From positions 1 to 37,345 of the forward strand of contig JNEM01008000.1 of the NCBI GenBank assembly GCA_000697335.1: a DNA stretch of 37,345 nt, written 5' to 3'. The notes beneath the pieces are model-generated. The model searched no databases. It was given only the letters and a program-made list of their open reading frames with translations, and was not told the DNA's origin. Numbering within the stretch: the first letter of the stretch is position 1; each line of letters opens with the position of its first letter. The stretch is from Conidiobolus incongruus B7586. Taxonomy: Eukaryota. This document shows positions 36,235 to 37,345 of this stretch, in pieces. The position numbers were made by a program, and so were the translations under genes.

Positions 36235-37345
36235 ATGATGCATAAGCAGTACGACTCTCGATTCTATCCTCACTAGCTCTTCTTGGATTATCCTCATTAC
36301 GAAATTATCTTCAAAGCTGTTGAAAGATATTGGAAGATTTTGAATTTACTCAATGACAGACCTCAATATATTCCTTATAACTGGATTACTACCAGCACAG
36401 AAATCATAGGCCAAGTGTACGGTCTCAAAATTCCTTTCAAAGATCTCAAGGCTAATCTTGAAGTAGAAACTGATGAAAGCTATAGTCTTAGTGTTCAACC
36501 CAACAAATTCGCCAAATTGAACTCTACTACTGTTTGGAGTGCTCTTTGCGGTTCAGAAAGTTTGTCTCAATTAGTCTGATACTCTCCAATCCACAAGAAA
36601 TTAGTTATTCCTCATGCTCCATACTTGATCAAGGATGCTCCTGCTTTCAAGCATCGTGGTGTTCTTTTGGATACTTCCAGACATTATTACACACTGCAAG
36701 ACATCTACAAGTTATTAGATGGTATGAGCTATAACAAATTCAATGTTTTCCACTGGCACATGCTCGATTCTACCAGTTTCCCTTACAGATCTAGGGCTTA
36801 TCCTCAACGCGCTGACTATGGATCTTACGGACCCGATTTTGAATACGATGCCAAAGCCATTAAATAAGTAGATAAATATGCAAGAGAAAGAGGTATTCGT
36901 GTCATTCCAGGAATGGAAGCTCCAGGACATGCTACAGCCTGGGGTTTGGGTATGCCAGAGATTGTTTCATGCTTGGATACTCAACCATTCTTTGGACTCA
37001 CAGTCCAACCACCAGCTGGTCAGTTGAACCCTGCCAATCCCAAGACTATTGAAGTTGTCAAGGATATCATTGCTGAATGGAGTGAACTCTTCCCTGATCA
37101 TTACTTCCATGCTTCTGGTGATGAAATCATTATGAAATGCTGGACTGAAGATCCAAGCGTCAAGAGTCTTATGGCTAAAACCAATCAAACCTCTTATCAA
37201 ATCTTTGATAAATTTACTCAAGAAATGCATAAAGAAATTCGCAAACATGGAAAAGCTGTTATGGTATGGCAAGAAATGTTACTTGAATACAATGCTACTT
37301 TACCCAAGGATACTATTATTCAACCTTGGTTCGGTCCTAAGGCCG
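36235..37345 (+). pseudogene. GH20 beta-N-acetylhexosaminidase pseudogene; 5'-truncated, three in-frame stops, runs off the window
   Basis: One continuous frame with TDESYSL, IKDAPAFKHRGVLLDTSRHY, NKFNVFHWHMLDSTSFP, YARERGIRVIP...PGH, GQLNP, YFHASGDE and MVWQE. It is interrupted by TAG 36274-36276, TGA 36577-36579 and TAA 36865-36867. No signal peptide or LWP motif is seen upstream. Confidence 0.88.

Noticed and set aside
36274..36867. Stop-codon reassignment, readthrough or A-to-I rescue of the GH20 stops
   Set aside because: Intact genes in the window terminate with TAA, TAG and TGA. The three internal stops are of different types, Trp would fit only one position, and the gene is also 5'-truncated with damaged motifs.
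36715..37272. Minus-strand ORFs over the GH20 region
   Set aside because: Antisense shadows of the hexosaminidase frame.
1..37345. CRISPR arrays, rRNA, intact transposase or reverse-transcriptase genes, bacterial operons
   Set aside because: None seen; the window is intron-rich eukaryotic DNA without spaced direct repeats or mobile-element ORFs.

Overview
Very AT-rich eukaryotic (fungal) genomic DNA with many short (~45-70 nt) GT-AG introns. Gene content and style suggest an early-diverging fungus, possibly Conidiobolus-like; this is inference, not a database result. The window holds 12 intact multi-exon housekeeping genes: dynactin p25 (DCTN5), mitochondrial uL1, a coiled-coil+WD40 protein, mitochondrial GatC-like subunit, PIP5K Mss4, fRMsr, two tandem PXMP4 paralogs, Isy1, Ugo1, TBCD and a 27-exon Prp24/SART3. 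It also has three tRNA genes (Leu-CAA, Ala-AGC, His-GTG), an orphan 111-aa ORF ending in a temporin-like amphipathic repeat, and a GH20 hexosaminidase pseudogene running off the right edge. The most striking unexplained signal is an orientation-fixed motif, TCCCAYAA (CSL-site-like), about 80-200 bp upstream of the start codon of most housekeeping genes. Exon boundaries were read by eye and may be off by a few bases.
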